The notes under the pieces are model-generated. The model ran no database searches. It was not told the DNA's origin and saw only the letters and a list, made by a program, of their open reading frames with translations. From the NCBI GenBank assembly GCA_036654095.1, contig JAVVSR010000002.1, forward strand, positions 65,375 through 129,374: a stretch of DNA of 64,000 bases. The letters run 5' to 3'. The position numbers and the translations under genes were made by a program. Position 1 is the stretch's first letter, and every line of letters begins with the position of its first letter. Source of the DNA: Clostridia bacterium. GTDB taxonomy: Bacteria > Bacillota > Clostridia > Christensenellales > CAG-917. Shown one piece after another: positions 61,093 to 64,000 of this stretch.

Positions 61093-61222
61093 ACACGACT
61101 TATCACTTAACTGCTTTCTTTAATAACTACACACCTTATCACTAACTGCTTTCTTAATAACAATACACCTTATCACTAACTGCTTTCTTTAATATCTACA
61201 CACCTTATCACTAACTGCTTAA
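61093..61222. repeat. four tandem direct repeats of a ~35-bp unit (core ACACCTTATCACTAACTGCTTTCTT)
   Basis: Core CTTATCAC starts at 61099, 61135, 61169 and 61204 (periods 36, 34 and 35 bp). An additional CTTATCA sits at 61022. Confidence 0.9.
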
Positions 61223-61237
61223 TAATGATTAAAAATA

Positions 61238-61663
61238 TTATTGTTCAAAATTAACTTGCAAAGTAAGCTCAGTGCCTTTGCCTACCTCTGACTTAATGTT
61301 AAACTTGTCGGTATATTTTAGCATATTAGGCAAGCCCATACCTGCGCCAAAACCCATCGCGCGAATGTTATCGGGAGCGGTAGAATAGCCGTCTTGCATT
61401 GCCAACTCGATATTTTCAATGCCTTTGCCCGTATCACGAAGAACAATGACAATTCGGTCATTAAAAATATCTACAAACGCCTTTCCTCCGCCCGCGTGAA
61501 TAACCATATTAATTTCGCCCTCATACATTGCGATTGCAACTCGGCGAATAGTCGTTGGGGGTATGCCCAACTGTTTTAGTGTATTTTTGACTTCGTCGCT
61601 TGCGCTACCCGCCGAAACGAAGTTATTTCCTTCGACTGTAAATTCCAAATGAAACGCGCTCAT
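61238..61663 (-). CDS. RsbW/SpoIIAB-like GHKL ATPase (anti-sigma-type serine kinase fold)
   Basis: 141 aa with EGEINMVIH, DTGKGI and GFGAGMGLPNM motifs. The ATG overlaps the upstream DRTGG stop (ATGA). Confidence 0.75.
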   Translation of the reverse strand: MSAFHLEFTVEGNNFVSAGSASDEVKNTLKQLGIPPTTIRRVAIAMYEGEINMVIHAGGGKAFVDIFNDRIVIVLRDTGKGIENIELAMQDGYSTAPDNIRAMGFGAGMGLPNMLKYTDKFNIKSEVGKGTELTLQVNFEQ

Positions 61664-62013
61664 ACGTCATCTTCTCCTAGATGCAAGCCATTGACGTAAA
61701 GCATACCGCAAGCGATGTACATACGATATCTACTCGAAAGTATCACTATGCCGCTTTGTTTTGCCAAGTTGACCATATCAACAGTAGGCACCTTCCCCCG
61801 AACAAGCACCAAACAGCGCATATCAAGCATAGCCGCTGTACGAACAGCTTGCGGATTGCACAACCCTGAAATTAAAACCGATTGGTCTTTAACAAAGGCA
61901 AGTACATCGCTCATCATATCCGATGCGCACGCAGAGGAAACCTCCTTATTAAGGCTTTCGTCGCAACAATATACTTTGGCATTTAAGATATTGACTATGT
62001 CACTTATTTTCAT
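61660..62013 (-). CDS. DRTGG-domain protein
   Basis: 117 aa. LISGLCNPQAVRTAAMLDMRCLVLVRGKVPTVDMVNLAKQSGIVILSSRY matches the DRTGG pattern. AAGGAG RBS. Confidence 0.7.
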   Translation of the reverse strand: MKISDIVNILNAKVYCCDESLNKEVSSACASDMMSDVLAFVKDQSVLISGLCNPQAVRTAAMLDMRCLVLVRGKVPTVDMVNLAKQSGIVILSSRYRMYIACGMLYVNGLHLGEDDV

Positions 62014-62346
62014 AAAACGCTCCTTTGGGATATTTGATAATTATATCATATAAAGAAAACTATTTCAAGGACTTTGATTATACACAATTTAACTTTTTGT
62101 AAATTATTGCACTTTTTTTTACTATTTTAGGATTATATTTTAATATTTTATAGCTTATTTTTACACTTGTTAAATTTTACAAATCAAAATAACGCAAAAT
62201 TATTTTATTATTTTGATTAAATTTTAAAGTTTACTTACAAATTTGCTTATAAAAATATTTATGTAATTTAAAAATATTAGTTTTTATTGTATTTTTATTA
62301 TATATGTAGTATAATGGTTATAAATATTTTTTAATGAGGTTATCCA

Positions 62347-63258
62347 ATGTATAAGCCTAAAGAAAACTCTGAAATCAAAATTGCCGCGCGCTCAATTATG
62401 AAGGGCAATTTTTGGAATATTTGGCAACTAATTTTTATATATTTTCTTTGTAGTTTTGCGCTATCTTATATCGTAACATTGATATTTGGCAACTTCAACA
62501 GTGTTCTTGAACAAGTTGCTAGCGGCAACATTCCTAAAGAAATAAACATCGGGCATATGATATTGTCGACACTTCCAAACATTATTTTGCAACTAATTTT
62601 GGTGCCAATATCATTTGGAATATTGTACAATGTTTGCTCAATAGTTCGCGGAGTAAACGTAAATAGAATTCAATTATTATTTAGCAAATTCCGTTCTGGA
62701 AAAGCATTTTTTAAAACTATTGGAGTAGCCGCTTTAATTAGCCTGAAAGTTTTTTTGTGGTCGCTATTATTAGTTGTTCCCGGCATAATTAAAGCTTTGT
62801 CATTAAGCCTTGCGCCTATGCTACTTTTTGATGAGCCCGACCTAACCATACGACAAACCTTGAAAAAAAGCGAAGATATGATGCGCGGATATAAAGGGAA
62901 ACTAGCATTGTTGCTGTTAAGTTTATACGCTTGGATATTTTTATCGATGTTAATTTCAATGCTTATAGTTCCGTTGTTTTCACAAATAAAATCAAATGCG
63001 CTAATTGAATTAATTCCGTCGTTTATTTCATTAGTAGTAATAGTTTTTATAACTCCATATTATTTAACTATTTTCGCTAAGTTTTATGATGAGATGCGTC
63101 GCAGTTTTTATGATGATGACACTACAAATAATTCAGTAAAAAAGGAATCTGGGTTTGAAAATAATTCGACTTTGGCAGATAAACCATTTAGCGATTCGCC
63201 TGAAAATGCACAAGAAAACACAAATGACAATGTAAGCAACAAACCATTTAGCGACTAA
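62347..63258 (+). CDS. DUF975-like polytopic membrane protein
   Basis: 303 aa with a family-like N-terminus (IKIAARSIMKGNFWNIW), about 6 TM, and an acidic tail with a duplicated KPFSD. Confidence 0.6.
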   Translation: MYKPKENSEIKIAARSIMKGNFWNIWQLIFIYFLCSFALSYIVTLIFGNFNSVLEQVASGNIPKEINIGHMILSTLPNIILQLILVPISFGILYNVCSIVRGVNVNRIQLLFSKFRSGKAFFKTIGVAALISLKVFLWSLLLVVPGIIKALSLSLAPMLLFDEPDLTIRQTLKKSEDMMRGYKGKLALLLLSLYAWIFLSMLISMLIVPLFSQIKSNALIELIPSFISLVVIVFITPYYLTIFAKFYDEMRRSFYDDDTTNNSVKKESGFENNSTLADKPFSDSPENAQENTNDNVSNKPFSD

Positions 63259-63304
63259 ATATTTGCAATCTATTTGCACAACAACAACTTTAAACGTATA
63301 TTTT

Positions 63305-63390
63305 ACATTTTTAAATTGAGTTTAGCAAAATACGCTAACCTTAATTTACATTTTTAAATTGAGTTTAGCAAAATACGCTAACCTTAATTT
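63305..63390. repeat. perfect tandem duplication, 2 x 43 bp
   Basis: ACATTTTTAAATTGAGTTTAGCAAAATACGCTAACCTTAATTT occurs at 63305..63347 and again at 63348..63390. Confidence 0.95.
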
Positions 63391-63507
63391 AATTTTGAAA
63401 TTTATATTTATCAAATTAAGACATACTGAAAATTCTAATAAACTTTTTTAGAAATAAGTTTAATACAATGATTTTAAAATCAAATTTTATTTTAAATTTA
63501 ATGCGAT

Positions 63508-64000
63508 ATGATACGAAATCCTACTAAAATTAAAACGAAAAATCGTGGCGCAACAAATATATTTATTTTAGGTTTTGTAAGCCTATTTATTGATATGAGT
63601 ACCGAAATGGTGTACCCTGTTTTGCCATTATTTTTAGTTGCGTTAGGCACAGCGCCTGCGCTAATTGGAGTTATCGAAGGCATATCCGAAAGCATTGCTG
63701 CATTTCTAAGGGTGGCTTCTGGCTATGTCAGCGACAAAACCAGCAAAAAAAAGACGTTGGCAATATTAGGTTATTCTGCCGCATTTTTGTACAAAGTACT
63801 GATTTTACTTTCTTCAGGTTGGTTTGGTATCCTCATTGCAAAAATTGTTGACCGCACAGGTAAAGGTATTCGCACGGCTCCTCGCGATAGCTTAATAGCC
63901 GAAGCAGGTGGCGCGCAACTAGGCAATTCATTTGGTATCCATAAAATGCTCGATATGCTAGGTTCAGCGCTTGGTGTTTTGCTTGCCTATTTAATTTTAT
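63508..64000 (+). CDS. MFS transporter (5' part; runs off the window)
   Basis: Absent from the ORF track (no stop). Hand translation gives MIRNPTKIKTKNRGATNIFILGFVSLFIDMSTEMVYPVLPLFLVALG...IAKIVDRTGKGIRTAPRDSLIAEAGG...; DRTGKGIR is MFS motif-A-like. The start codon is uncertain (no clear RBS). Confidence 0.7.
   Translation, partial: MIRNPTKIKTKNRGATNIFILGFVSLFIDMSTEMVYPVLPLFLVALGTAPALIGVIEGISESIAAFLRVASGYVSDKTSKKKTLAILGYSAAFLYKVLILLSSGWFGILIAKIVDRTGKGIRTAPRDSLIAEAGGAQLGNSFGIHKMLDMLGSALGVLLAYLIL

Noticed and set aside
61093-61222. Whether the 35-bp repeat array (or the 43-bp duplication at 63305) could be a small CRISPR array.
   Set aside because: The whole ~35-bp unit is repeated with no unique spacers between copies. 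There are only 4 (or 2) copies, no cas genes, and the repeats are not palindromic in CRISPR style.
62166-62182. A second Rex-like site, CTTGTTAAATTTTACAA, upstream of the sensor module.
   Set aside because: TTGT and ACAA are separated by 8 nt rather than the 10 nt of the consensus. Only one half-site matches, which is likely chance in AT-rich DNA.

Overview
AT-rich chromosomal window typical of a low-GC Firmicute (Clostridia-like). Gene content is mostly housekeeping and about 90% of the genes lie on the minus strand. I saw no rRNA, CRISPR array, transposase, integrase or recognisable phage or defence cassette. From 5' to 3': an ECF sigma/anti-sigma pair with a paralogous lipoprotein; rlmD; tRNA-Leu(CAG); a SulP permease; desulfoferrodoxin preceded by a (TTTTTG)12 microsatellite; a complete pyrimidine operon (pyrB-pyrC-carA-carB-pyrK-pyrD-pyrF-pyrE); an SLT transglycosylase; polA-coaE; a patatin-like lipase; an ABC exporter operon ending in a Big_2/beta-helix surface protein; and a long co-oriented string of OYE-type reductase, DmpA peptidase, mscS, a membrane protein, DUF896, dgt, dnaG, rpoD, trmK, NIF3, a Zn-ribbon protein and lacZ. 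Then come a second ECF sigma coupled to a membrane-tethered serpin; tRNA-Val(GAC); rubrerythrin; a GH16 lipoprotein; a WG-repeat protein; an NHL/SH3b surface protein; and tRNA-Pro(GGG). The last part is a hydrogenase supercluster. It contains a HydABC-type (group A3-like, NuoE/NuoF-containing) [FeFe]-hydrogenase operon with an embedded GHKL ATPase and a candidate Rex operator. Upstream of it sits a module built around an output-domain-less, HydS-like sensory [FeFe]-hydrogenase homologue, flanked by two DRTGG proteins, an RsbW-like ATPase/kinase, a PHP phosphoesterase and nadE, with a 4 x ~35 bp direct-repeat array in front of the sensor gene. That module is the best candidate here for an uncharacterised system. 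The ECF-sigma-coupled serpin is second. Two edge CDSs missing from the ORF track (1..583 minus, 63508..64000 plus) were recovered by hand translation. All domain calls rest on motif recognition by eye; no searches were run.
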